Source of the DNA: an uncultured Pseudomonadales bacterium
Lineage (GTDB): Bacteria > Patescibacteriota > Microgenomatia > UBA1400 > PJMF01
DNA length: 64,000 nucleotides
Direction: 5' to 3'
Assembly: GCA_964412775.1 (NCBI GenBank)
Contig: CAYPPX010000001.1
Location: 65,122-129,121 of the forward strand
Below are positions 1-9,255 of the stretch, piece by piece. Below the pieces are notes generated by a model. It did no database searches, was not told the origin of the DNA, and was given only the letters and a program-made list of their open reading frames with translations. Made by a program: the position numbers and the translations under genes. Each line of letters begins with the position of its first letter. Position 1 is the first letter of the stretch.

Positions 1-66
1 TTTGGTAGTGGCATTAATGAGGAAAAGACACCAATAGCTGACAAATTTATTGTTAGTCAATCGACT

Positions 67-321
67 TTGTATGTTATTTCTTTAGTGCCAACAGCAATTT
101 TTGTTTTTACTTCTTCAGGTAGTTTTTTGGCAATGGGCTTAATGGGTGGATTAATTATTTTTTTATTGGTAGAGATGTTGCAGAGTTTGGATAAGCCAGC
201 TTTATTTTTTTCTAAGTTTTTAGTTCAAGCAAAGTTCGAAGCCACTCAGCAAAACCTAAAAAAAATCATTATTAGTTCAGTGCTATTTTTTGTGATGTTA
301 CATTTTTTGGTTTTGCTTTAA
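67..321 (+). CDS. small hypothetical membrane protein
   Basis: 84-aa ORF, two hydrophobic segments; no recognisable motif. Confidence 0.3.
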   Translation: MYVISLVPTAIFVFTSSGSFLAMGLMGGLIIFLLVEMLQSLDKPALFFSKFLVQAKFEATQQNLKKIIISSVLFFVMLHFLVLL

Positions 322-340
322 GGTTAAGTTAAAGAAAATT

Positions 341-1081
341 ATGACTTTTCATCTTTATGGCTTAATTGTTGGTATAGCAGTGATTACTGTTTTTTTAATT
401 AGTGAAAAATTTGCTTTAAATTATGGTTTTTCTGAAAAACTATTTTCAAAAATTGCTATAGCTATTTTATTTAGTAGTATCGTTGGGGCTAGAGCTTGGC
501 ATGTTTTTACAGATTTTTCTTTATATAAAGAAAATTTCCAAGAAATTTTTTACTTATGGCAGGGTGGTCTAAGTATTTTTGGAGCGATTTTTGGTGGTTG
601 GTTTTGTTTAATTTTCTTGGCTAAAAAATATCATTTTGATCAAAAAATTTTACTTGATAGTTTAGCTTTTAGTTTTCCAGTTGGCCAGTTTATTGGCCGT
701 TGGGCAAATTACTTTAACCAAGAGCTTTATGGTTCACCAACAAGCTTGCCTTGGAAAATTTTTATTGATTTAGATAATAGAGTTGCTGGTTATGAAGGTT
801 TTTCATACTTTCACCCATTATTTTTATATGAAGGTTTATTAGCCTTAGTAGGTTTGAGTTTTTTGATTTACTTGTTCAAAACTAAAACCTATTATTTTGG
901 CAGTGGCCAGTTTTTTTATATTTATATTTTTTATTATTTATTTATCCGTTTCTTTTTAGACTTTTTAAGGTTAGAGAGAAGTCGAGTTATTGGGTATTTT
1001 GGTACTAACCAATTGATTATTTTATTAACTTTTATTTTTATAATTAGTTGTAAATTTTTAATGAAATGGCAAAAAAACTAG
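341..1081 (+). CDS. lgt: prolipoprotein diacylglyceryl transferase
   Basis: Multi-TM protein with Lgt-like motifs (GRWANYFNQELYG, HPLFLYEGL); length 246 aa typical. Confidence 0.85.
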   Translation: MTFHLYGLIVGIAVITVFLISEKFALNYGFSEKLFSKIAIAILFSSIVGARAWHVFTDFSLYKENFQEIFYLWQGGLSIFGAIFGGWFCLIFLAKKYHFDQKILLDSLAFSFPVGQFIGRWANYFNQELYGSPTSLPWKIFIDLDNRVAGYEGFSYFHPLFLYEGLLALVGLSFLIYLFKTKTYYFGSGQFFYIYIFYYLFIRFFLDFLRLERSRVIGYFGTNQLIILLTFIFIISCKFLMKWQKN

Positions 1082-1515
1082 TTTTTTTATTTTTAGTGAT
1101 TGGGTGTTTTTGGGCTTACTTGTTTTTTAGATCTAAGTCTTTTACACCAGGCTTATTGAATGTTTCAGACGGCGAAGTCATTAGCTGGCAATTAGAGGGG
1201 GAAAGTTTCAAGGTCAAAGTAGTTACTAACCAAGCAAGTATTGAAAAAGGTTTGGGAGGAATTAAGGAGTTTGTTGAAGCAGATGGAATGTTATTTGTTT
1301 TTCCTGGTAAAACTAAACCAATTTTTTGGATGAAAGGAATGCAGTTTGCAATCGATCTTTACTGGCTCAGGGATGGTCAAATTATTGGGGTAGAAAAAAA
1401 TATCTTGCCACCAGAAAGTGAAACTACTGATTTAGTTAAGTACTATTCTCCTGGTGAAGTTGATATGGTTTTAGAAATTCCAGTGAGTAAAAATCTTAAA
1501 TTTTACTCTGAATAA
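1066..1515 (+). CDS. DUF192-family protein
   Basis: N-terminal TM then 'MLFVFPG...PIFWMKGMQFAIDLYWL' resembling DUF192/COG1430; overlaps lgt end by 16 nt. Confidence 0.55.
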   Translation: MAKKLVFLFLVIGCFWAYLFFRSKSFTPGLLNVSDGEVISWQLEGESFKVKVVTNQASIEKGLGGIKEFVEADGMLFVFPGKTKPIFWMKGMQFAIDLYWLRDGQIIGVEKNILPPESETTDLVKYYSPGEVDMVLEIPVSKNLKFYSE

Positions 1516-1526
1516 TACTTCCTTAG

Positions 1527-2546
1527 TTGCTCCAAAAACAGTATTATAGAAGTGTGTCAGATCTTTCTGCCCAACCAGCTAGTAGGATGGCTAGTCGTTT
1601 TGTTGCTAAACAAAACTCGGCTATTGGTTCATTAATTAGAAAAGGGATGACTACTCAAGTAGTTAAAGCAACCAACCTAAATGATCAGCCAGCTACCACT
1701 CAAACTAAAATTCCAAATCAAGTTGTGAGCTCTGTCTCAACTCAAACTACTTCACCCTCAGTTCAGGTGGATGATTTTAAAACCAGTCTTGATGGTTTAT
1801 CAAGTTTGGTAGATCAATCTAAGCCAATTGGTAAGACAGCTGAGGATGTTGATTTAGATTCATTGGTTGGTATTGGTTCAACTCCACAACCTCAGCTTCA
1901 GTCTAGCTCAACCGTCTCAACTCAGCCAACTGATGATGATTTTAAACCCAGTTCAGATCCTTTAACTGATTTTGAAAAAATTATTCAAGACTCAACCCAG
2001 TCCTTGGAAGAAAAGACTCCAGAACAAAGCCAAGAACAAAAATATGGTGATCTAGATATCTTGGATCAGGTAATTAGTGAAGTTGAAGCTGGTGTGGTAG
2101 ACCAAGTTATTCCTCAAGTTGTTGTTCAAACTACTAGTACTTTGAATCCTCAACATCCAGTAAAATCTGCTGGCAGTAAAGAATCAGCTGGTAATATATC
2201 TTTAGACCAAGTAGCGATTGACGCAGCTCGCGGAGCTCAACAAGTCGAAACAGAGCCAACTCCAGAAATTCCTCCTGAAGTAGAGAGTTATTTACAAAAA
2301 GTTGAACAACATACCAACACAGCTCCACCAGAAATCGTGATTGCAGACGGTTCTAATACTCAACCCAACAACCACAACTACCCAGCTCAGCCAGTAGTAG
2401 TTTTACCAATTACTCCAGAGATTGAAAAACAAGGGGCTAATAAAAGTCCCAAGTTTAGTGTTCGTTGGTTAGTAGAATGGAGTAGAAAAATTATGAAAAT
2501 GTTTTCTGGTAAAGTAATTTACCGATTACCAGAGGAGGTCAAATAA
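1527..2546 (+). CDS. low-complexity S/T/Q/P-rich hypothetical protein
   Basis: 339-aa ORF, compositionally biased (Q,S,T,P,V), stop overlaps next ATG (ATGA) suggesting translational coupling; start uncertain. Confidence 0.35.
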   Translation: MLQKQYYRSVSDLSAQPASRMASRFVAKQNSAIGSLIRKGMTTQVVKATNLNDQPATTQTKIPNQVVSSVSTQTTSPSVQVDDFKTSLDGLSSLVDQSKPIGKTAEDVDLDSLVGIGSTPQPQLQSSSTVSTQPTDDDFKPSSDPLTDFEKIIQDSTQSLEEKTPEQSQEQKYGDLDILDQVISEVEAGVVDQVIPQVVVQTTSTLNPQHPVKSAGSKESAGNISLDQVAIDAARGAQQVETEPTPEIPPEVESYLQKVEQHTNTAPPEIVIADGSNTQPNNHNYPAQPVVVLPITPEIEKQGANKSPKFSVRWLVEWSRKIMKMFSGKVIYRLPEEVK

Positions 2547-4882
2547 TGATTTTTGGCTCCGCTGATTTTCTAAACCAAGTTTCTTTGTTTTTCATGAACA
2601 TGTTTCTAGTGATTTTATTGTTGATAGCTTTATTTTTTTTGGGTTACTTATTTTTTCAGTGGTTTAAGCATCGTAAGAGAGAAAGCTACTCTTTAGACTT
2701 TGTCACTTTATTAGTGAGATTACCAAAAGATAATGAAATTAAGATTGATGCAGCAGAACAAATGTTCGCTGGTTTGCACTCACTCAAAAAGCAGGGCTTT
2801 TTCTCATTTTTACAGCCAGAGGAAATGATTAGTTTTGAGTTGGTTGGTCTTAAAGAAGAAATTGCCTTTTATGTTAGTTGTTCCAAAAGCATTCGTGATT
2901 TAGTTGAGAAGCAGATTCATGGCGCCTATCCATTTGCTGATATTAAAGAACAAGATGAAGTTAATATTTTTAATGAAAATGGTCGAGTGGGTTTTGCTTC
3001 TTTAAAGTTAAAAGAGGCCCAGTATTTACCAATAAAAACTTATAAAGATTTGCCTACTGATGGTTTGTCTTTGATTACTTCTGCTTTTTCTAAAATGAGT
3101 GAAGGTGAGGGGGCAATTTTGCAAATTTTAATTCACCCAGATGGAAATAAGTGGCAGCAAAAGGGTCGAAGATACATGCAGGATGAAAAGAAACGAGAAG
3201 CTGATCCACAAAAAGCTACCTACGGCCATGATCCTAAAGAGATGGAAGCGATTAATAACAAAATTGATAAGCCAGGTTTTAGGGTTTCTGTCAGAATAGT
3301 GGTTTCAGCCCAAAATGATGTTGCTGCTGAGTCACACTTGAGCAATATTAAGGGAGCTTTTGCCCAATTTGCTTCTGCTTACAATCAGTTTGAGGAACCA
3401 TGGTTTTTTATTAAACATCTTTTTATGATTGATTTTATTTATCGTTATATGCCTTTGTTTGGTTGGGGTAGTTTTACTTTAAACACTGAAGAGTTAGCCA
3501 CTATTTTTCACTTTCCCAACAAAACAGTTGAGACTCATCATATCAAGTGGTTAACAGCCAAAAATGCGCCAGCACCAAACTTGATTCCAAGCCAAGGTTT
3601 ATTTTTGGGTAAATCTGTTTATCGGGGTGAAGTTCGTAATGTTTATATGAACTTAAAAGATCGTCAGCGTCACATGTATATTATTGGTAAAACTGGTACA
3701 GGCAAGTCAGAATTCTTAAAAGAAATGATTATGCAGGATATTGAGTCCGGACAAGGTGTGTGTGCCATTGATCCACATGGTGAGTTTGTTGAAGATATTT
3801 TACAGATGATTCCACCAGAGAGAGCCGAGGATGTAATTTACTTTAATCCATCAGACTCAACTCGCCCAATGGGTTTAAATATGATGGAAGCTGACACTGA
3901 AGAGCAGCGTCACTTTGTGGTTAGTTCTGTTATTGGTTTGATGTACAAACTTTATGATCCACACCGTACTGGTATTATTGGTCCTCGGTTTGAGCATGCT
4001 ATTCGTAATGCAATGCTAACGATTATGTGCAAAGAAGGATCAACTTTTATTGAGTTGGTACGTGCTTTGACTGATCAAAAATTTGTTGAAGAGTTGTTAC
4101 CCCTAGTCAAAGATCCGGTGGTGAAGCGCTATTGGACAGACCAAATGGCTCAAACAAGTGACTTTCATAAATCAGAAGTGCTTGATTACATTGTTTCCAA
4201 GTTTGGGCGTTTTGTGACGAACAAAACGATGAGAAACATTATTGGTCAGCCTTTTAGTGCTTTTAACTTTAGAAAAGCAATGGACGAAAAGAAAATTATT
4301 CTTTGTAATTTATCTAAAGGTATTCTTGGAGAAGAGGATGCTAAATTTTTGGGTTTGATTTTAGTGCCTAAAGTTTTGACTGCAGCGATGAGTCGTCAAG
4401 ATATCCCAATGGAACAGCGTCAAGATTTCTTTTTGTATGTTGATGAGTTTCAAAACTATGCAACCGAAGATTTTGCCACGATTTTATCTGAGGCTCGTAA
4501 ATATAAACTGAACTTAATTGTGGCTAATCAGTTTATTGGCCAGATTGATGAAGAAGTGAAAAATGCTGTTTTTGGTAACGTCGGTACGATGGTGTCATTT
4601 AGAGTAGGTGTGACTGATGCTAATTTCTTACAACATGAGTTTTCACCAACTTTTACTGAGAATGATTTAGCCAATGTAGAGAAATTTCATGTTTATATTA
4701 AAACCATTGTAAACAATGAACCAGTGCCTGCTTTTAGTATGTCTCTTGAAAAAGATATGGACGAAGTTAAAGCAAGGATGAACCCAAAACTAGCAGAAAT
4801 GATTAAGCAACTGTCCAGACTTAAATATGGTAAAGATAAAGAAGTAGTTGAGGCTGAAATCCAAGTTAGAGCTAGGTTGTAA
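2546..4882 (+). CDS. TraG/TraD/VirD4-family (type IV secretion coupling protein-like) P-loop ATPase
   Basis: N-terminal TM helix, Walker A 'IIGKTGTGKSEF', Walker B-like 'FFLYVDEFQN', 778 aa; architecture of T4SS-DNA-transfer/TraM-recognition ATPases common in CPR. Confidence 0.5.
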   Translation: MIFGSADFLNQVSLFFMNMFLVILLLIALFFLGYLFFQWFKHRKRESYSLDFVTLLVRLPKDNEIKIDAAEQMFAGLHSLKKQGFFSFLQPEEMISFELVGLKEEIAFYVSCSKSIRDLVEKQIHGAYPFADIKEQDEVNIFNENGRVGFASLKLKEAQYLPIKTYKDLPTDGLSLITSAFSKMSEGEGAILQILIHPDGNKWQQKGRRYMQDEKKREADPQKATYGHDPKEMEAINNKIDKPGFRVSVRIVVSAQNDVAAESHLSNIKGAFAQFASAYNQFEEPWFFIKHLFMIDFIYRYMPLFGWGSFTLNTEELATIFHFPNKTVETHHIKWLTAKNAPAPNLIPSQGLFLGKSVYRGEVRNVYMNLKDRQRHMYIIGKTGTGKSEFLKEMIMQDIESGQGVCAIDPHGEFVEDILQMIPPERAEDVIYFNPSDSTRPMGLNMMEADTEEQRHFVVSSVIGLMYKLYDPHRTGIIGPRFEHAIRNAMLTIMCKEGSTFIELVRALTDQKFVEELLPLVKDPVVKRYWTDQMAQTSDFHKSEVLDYIVSKFGRFVTNKTMRNIIGQPFSAFNFRKAMDEKKIILCNLSKGILGEEDAKFLGLILVPKVLTAAMSRQDIPMEQRQDFFLYVDEFQNYATEDFATILSEARKYKLNLIVANQFIGQIDEEVKNAVFGNVGTMVSFRVGVTDANFLQHEFSPTFTENDLANVEKFHVYIKTIVNNEPVPAFSMSLEKDMDEVKARMNPKLAEMIKQLSRLKYGKDKEVVEAEIQVRARL

Positions 4883-4900
4883 GTTGTTTTTAAGTTTAGG

Positions 4901-4942
4901 GTGAGATACTTGCCCATGGGGCAGAGGGGCCGGAGTTGTCTG
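4901..4942. repeat. GC-rich ~40-nt conserved intergenic motif, copy 1
   Basis: gtgagatacttgcccatggggcagaggggccggagttgtctg; about 88% identical to copy at 12413-12454; contains hairpin TGCCC-nnn-GGGCA. Confidence 0.45.
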
Positions 4943-4989
4943 ATTGAGTTATAATACTTTTTCTCCTAATAACAGGAGAAATTTTTTTT

Positions 4990-6201
4990 ATGTTGAATTT
5001 ATTTAGTAAAAAATCCATTTCTGAACAAAACATTACTGTTTATTACCTGATGCAGTTTTGTCATTCTTTGATTTTTTCTATTCCAATTTGGATTGTTTTT
5101 TATCGTCGAGTAATAACCATTGAAGAAATTTCTTTTTTGGTTGGCTTTCAATATTTTATTCAAATTATTGCTGAGTTACCAACGGGGGCTTTTGCTGATA
5201 TTTTAGGTAAAAAAGTCTCGATTATTATTGGTTTTTTGTTTTTTGCTGCCAGCTCCTTGTTATTTCCTTTTGCTCAAGGGTTTACTCACTATTTAGTTTT
5301 GGCTGCTTTTATGGGTTTGGCTGATTCTTTTTTATCTGGATCAGTTGATGCTTTGCTTTATGACTCACTCAAACAAGATGGTCGTGAGACTGAGTTTGCT
5401 GCGGTTTTAGCTAAACAAAGTATTTTTTACCAACTTGGTTTAGTGACCAGTACTGCCTTGGGTGGTCTGATTTATAAGTGGCATATTTTTGCGCCATTTT
5501 TTATTGAAGGGAGCTTTTTTTTACTCGGTGGTTTTTTTGCTTCTCTATTGAGAGAACCAAAAGTTGATTCAGAAATTTTTACCATTAGGAACTATTTAAG
5601 GCAAATTAAACATGGTGCTAAAGAAGCTTTTAAAAACAGTTTTTTAAAAAAGCTATCTTGGTTTTATATTATGGTGGGAGCAATTACTTGGTCAGCAGCC
5701 CTTTATTTTAATAGTTCACTCATGGTTGATTTGGGATTTTCAGATGAAGTTAGAGGTTTTTTACTTGGTTTAATGCGGTTGTTTAACATTGTTTTTTTGA
5801 CTAACTTACTCAAAAACAAAAAACTTTTTACTGAACGCAACTCAATTATTTTTTTTCCAGTCTTAATGATTGTTGCATTATTACCTGGAATTTATCTCCA
5901 AAGTTGGTGGGCGCTACCTTTTGTGGCAGGTTCAATGGCGGCTTCTACAGCTCGTTGGATTGTTTTGGGTAGAATGACTAATGACCACTTTTCTTCGAAA
6001 TACCGTTCAACAGCAATTTCAACTTTAAGCATGGTAATTGGTATTTTTTATACAATGTTTACGATTATTTCTGGTCCAGTGATTAAGTTGGGTACCACTA
6101 GGCTGATGTATACCATTTTGGGTTTAGTGACAGTGGTAGTTGTAGTTCCTTTAGCCAAGTCATTATTACTAGATGTAGATAAAAACTCTAAAGCAAATTA
6201 A
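4990..6201 (+). CDS. MFS-type transporter
   Basis: about 12 predicted TM segments, 403 aa, MFS-like loop between TM2-3 (GAFADILGKK). Confidence 0.55.
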   Translation: MLNLFSKKSISEQNITVYYLMQFCHSLIFSIPIWIVFYRRVITIEEISFLVGFQYFIQIIAELPTGAFADILGKKVSIIIGFLFFAASSLLFPFAQGFTHYLVLAAFMGLADSFLSGSVDALLYDSLKQDGRETEFAAVLAKQSIFYQLGLVTSTALGGLIYKWHIFAPFFIEGSFFLLGGFFASLLREPKVDSEIFTIRNYLRQIKHGAKEAFKNSFLKKLSWFYIMVGAITWSAALYFNSSLMVDLGFSDEVRGFLLGLMRLFNIVFLTNLLKNKKLFTERNSIIFFPVLMIVALLPGIYLQSWWALPFVAGSMAASTARWIVLGRMTNDHFSSKYRSTAISTLSMVIGIFYTMFTIISGPVIKLGTTRLMYTILGLVTVVVVVPLAKSLLLDVDKNSKAN

Positions 6202-6244
6202 ATGTTTTTTATAGTTTTTACGACTAATTAGTATCTTCAATTTT

Positions 6245-6787
6245 ATGGAAAAGACTAAGATAAGACATGGAGTTATTGGCGTTTTAACCCACCAAGATCA
6301 AGTGGTTTTTCTTGGTTTGCCCAGAGAGGATTCACTCCCCAAAGAAGCTGGAGGAAAAGGTAAGCAAGAAAGAGTTAAAGGTGAACAATTCTGGACTTTA
6401 CTAACTACTGGAATGTTGGGTTTCGTTAGTGGTGGTGTAAAAACATCGGCTGACTTAGAACAAATGCCAATTGAGGCTAGAAATGAAATTCTTTTAAAAT
6501 CTTTAACTAGAGAAGCCTTAGAAGAGTTTGATTTGGGTGTTGGCTTGGATAAAGCTGTTGTTAAAAGAGATGGCATAATTGAGCAGTTAAGATATGATGA
6601 ACAAATAACTTTTTTATTATGGGTAGTAAGTAGAGTAGTGATTCAAGAAAACCAACTTTTAAAGCTACGAGAAAAAACTGAAGTAGTTTTAGTCAAGGAA
6701 ACTAAATTAGCTGACTTTTTTGCAACTGAAAAAAATAGAATTAGGCCAGCTGCTCAACAAGCTTTAATTACAGCATATAACTTATGA
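6245..6787 (+). CDS. hypothetical protein
   Basis: 180-aa ORF, 4-nt overlap (ATGA) with downstream IPK gene suggests co-transcription. Confidence 0.35.
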   Translation: MEKTKIRHGVIGVLTHQDQVVFLGLPREDSLPKEAGGKGKQERVKGEQFWTLLTTGMLGFVSGGVKTSADLEQMPIEARNEILLKSLTREALEEFDLGVGLDKAVVKRDGIIEQLRYDEQITFLLWVVSRVVIQENQLLKLREKTEVVLVKETKLADFFATEKNRIRPAAQQALITAYNL

Positions 6788-7599
6788 AAAAATTTAATAA
6801 AAAACAACCAATTACTTTAGTCAAACTGGGTGGTTCTATTATCACCAACAAAAAAGAGTTTATGTCTCTCAAGAAAGAGGCAATCAATGATTTGGTTAAG
6901 CAGATTAAGTTGGTTATTAGTAGTTTTCCCAACGAGCATTTGATAGTTGGTCATGGTCAAGGTAGTTATGCTCACTTGCCAGCTAGTAAATATAGAACCA
7001 TGGAAGGTTTTGTTAACCAAGATAGTACTTATGGAATGGCTGTAGTTCAAGATATGGCTGCTAGATTAAATCGAGAAATAGTTGGGGCTTTTATTGAACA
7101 AAATATTCCAGCAGTATCATTTTTAATGAGTAACTCTTTAATTACCGAAAAACAAAAAGCTAGTCAGGACTTTTTTATTCTTTTAGAAAAATATTTAGAA
7201 AAAGGTCTATTTCCAATTACTTGTGGTGATGTTATTTTGGATGAAGTGATGGGGTGCACCATCTGGTCAACTGAAAAAATTCTAACTTTTTTTACCGAAC
7301 AGTTAACAGCGCATGGTTATCAAGTTGAAAGGCTAATTCATATTACTGAAGTTGGTGGTTTCCTTGATGATCAAAATCAAATTATTAAATACATTAATAA
7401 AACTAATTGGCCAAGTTTAAGTAGGCATTTAACAGCAACCAAAGGCGTTGATGTAACAGGTGGAATGGATTTAAAAGTAACAGAATCACTTGCTTTAGCT
7501 AGTAACTTTGGTCTTAAAACATATATTATGTCTGGTAAAAACAATAACTTATATAATTTTTTTGCTAAAAAAGACTGGGTGGGTACAGAAATTAGTTAG
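6784..7599 (+). CDS. isopentenyl phosphate kinase (amino-acid kinase superfamily)
   Basis: LVKLGGSIIT N-terminal motif, GHGQGSYAH, IPAVSF, CGDVILDE, DVTGGMD, GTEI C-terminus; these align with archaeal IPK motifs. Confidence 0.75.
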   Translation: MKKFNKKQPITLVKLGGSIITNKKEFMSLKKEAINDLVKQIKLVISSFPNEHLIVGHGQGSYAHLPASKYRTMEGFVNQDSTYGMAVVQDMAARLNREIVGAFIEQNIPAVSFLMSNSLITEKQKASQDFFILLEKYLEKGLFPITCGDVILDEVMGCTIWSTEKILTFFTEQLTAHGYQVERLIHITEVGGFLDDQNQIIKYINKTNWPSLSRHLTATKGVDVTGGMDLKVTESLALASNFGLKTYIMSGKNNNLYNFFAKKDWVGTEIS

Positions 7600-7960
7600 A
7601 GTTTTCTGGAGTGGGCGTTTGGCTAATTTCGTAGCTTTCCACTACTTGTTTACAATAAATGTATTGACCATATTCGATAGCTTTTTCATGAACTGGTTGT
7701 GAAGTATCTTCTTGGATAGTATTTTTGAAGGCATCTTGGGCAAAATTACCTAGCTCTTTGGCTCTAGTTGAAAAAGTTTCTAGTTGTTCTCCTGAGCTAC
7801 CTTGAAAGTTGTTAAAACTAGGAACTTTATTGGTAGCTTGATCGATTGTTTCTTTGGGGATTGCTGGCAAGTTGGTTGGTAGTAGATTATTGTAGCTAGA
7901 GTAAACATATCCACCGGCTAATCCTAGCAATAACAGAGCTATAATCAATTTTGTTCTCAT
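7592..7960 (-). CDS. small secreted hypothetical protein
   Basis: N-terminal signal peptide (MRTKLIIALLLLGLAGG), 122 aa. Confidence 0.4.
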   Translation of the reverse strand: MRTKLIIALLLLGLAGGYVYSSYNNLLPTNLPAIPKETIDQATNKVPSFNNFQGSSGEQLETFSTRAKELGNFAQDAFKNTIQEDTSQPVHEKAIEYGQYIYCKQVVESYEISQTPTPENSN

Positions 7961-8023
7961 CTTATAGTCCTAGTGTGGCAAAGTTAAAGGAAAAAGTAAA
8001 GATTTGGTAGAATATATTTTTAT

Positions 8024-9253
8024 ATGATAAAAGAACTTCAGAAAGTAGAGCCGACCCCAAATGAACTATTGGCAGAAAAATTAGAAAAAATAAGCCAAGA
8101 TCCTTTGTTTTGGTTTCTTAAAAAAGAGGTGGTTGAGAATAGCCCTTTTTGGAGACTTTTAACTTATCGTTTGCATGAAGCCCAAAATTCAGTTAATAGT
8201 CGTTTCATTTTTCATAGTAATAAAGTAAAAGCTGAAAATTCTGGATTTGTTTCCAAGCTTGATTTACTAATTGAGACAAGAGGTGGTAAAGAGGGCAAGC
8301 TTAATGAGGATGCCATTATGATTGAAAATCTTGGTGATGGTCGAGCTGTTTTTGCTGTATTCGATGGGGCTTCTAGTCAGGCACCAATCAAGGCTTTAGA
8401 GTCTCATGGTATTTCTGGTGCTTTTTATGTTTCTCATTTAGCTGCTTTTGGTTTTCCGACTAGTGATATCTTCCAAGAACTAAGTCAAAGAGATATTGTT
8501 ACAGCTGGTGAATTTACTAGGGCTTTAAACAAGTGGTTATATGAACAAATGAGTCAAGTTGATGGCGTTGATTATAATGATGTTTTAACTATTCCTGGTA
8601 TGGCCGCGACTATTGTAGTAGTTGATTTTAATAAACAGAATTTGTCAGTAGCAAGTGTCGCAGATACAGTTGGTATTGCTCACCATACAGATGGTGAATG
8701 GGATTATTTTACTGGTAACCTTAACGAAAGATTTGATCTTGAAACAATGTCTTTAGTTAAGCAAATTGCAGTAAGAGAAGGTATTTCAATTAAAGAAGCA
8801 GCTGGTTATCCAGAAGTTAAGGCTCAATTAGCTACTTCATTTAGAAAGAAAATTAATGCCCCAGAAGATTTACAAGGTTTAATTGGTTGTGGAATTTTAA
8901 ATGGTATGCCCGAATTAGAACACCCAGGTTTAATTGAAGAGTATTCTTTGGCTAGTTTGACTGATTTACACCAGTTGGTTTTGTGTAGTGATGGTGCTTT
9001 GACCCCATTTAAGGGTGAGGAAGTGGCTGATTTTTTGGTTAAGTTATTAGCTTTTAAAGAAAAGCACCTAGCTCAGCCAGGAATGATGAACATTGTAAAA
9101 AACTTATTAGATGAAGACCCAGACTTTTCATTGTTTGAACGTTTAAAGCACTCAGATGATGCTAGCTTACTAGTTATTGGGTTTAATCAACTTCGGGCTA
9201 TAGCATTTGAGAGATTTAGTTTGGTTAGGACCTTTTTTCAGAGAAAAAAGTAA
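8024..9253 (+). CDS. PP2C/SpoIIE-like phosphatase-domain protein (divergent)
   Basis: 'AVFAVFDGASS' and 'LVLCSDGALTPF' resemble PP2C motifs 2 and 8, but the His-Gly-Gly of motif 2 is replaced by Ala-Ser-Ser. Confidence 0.4.
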   Translation: MIKELQKVEPTPNELLAEKLEKISQDPLFWFLKKEVVENSPFWRLLTYRLHEAQNSVNSRFIFHSNKVKAENSGFVSKLDLLIETRGGKEGKLNEDAIMIENLGDGRAVFAVFDGASSQAPIKALESHGISGAFYVSHLAAFGFPTSDIFQELSQRDIVTAGEFTRALNKWLYEQMSQVDGVDYNDVLTIPGMAATIVVVDFNKQNLSVASVADTVGIAHHTDGEWDYFTGNLNERFDLETMSLVKQIAVREGISIKEAAGYPEVKAQLATSFRKKINAPEDLQGLIGCGILNGMPELEHPGLIEEYSLASLTDLHQLVLCSDGALTPFKGEEVADFLVKLLAFKEKHLAQPGMMNIVKNLLDEDPDFSLFERLKHSDDASLLVIGFNQLRAIAFERFSLVRTFFQRKK

Positions 9254-9255
9254 AG

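Noticed and set aside
2134-2328. 64-aa minus-strand ORF inside the low-complexity gene, and similar small antisense ORFs (4693-4917, 6298-6576, 6817-7050, 21095-21337, 24363-24599, 25208-25771, 26265-26555, 33752-34072, 40741-41152, 42601-42825)
   Set aside because: Each is embedded antisense in a better-supported CDS without independent evidence, as expected by chance in AT-rich DNA.
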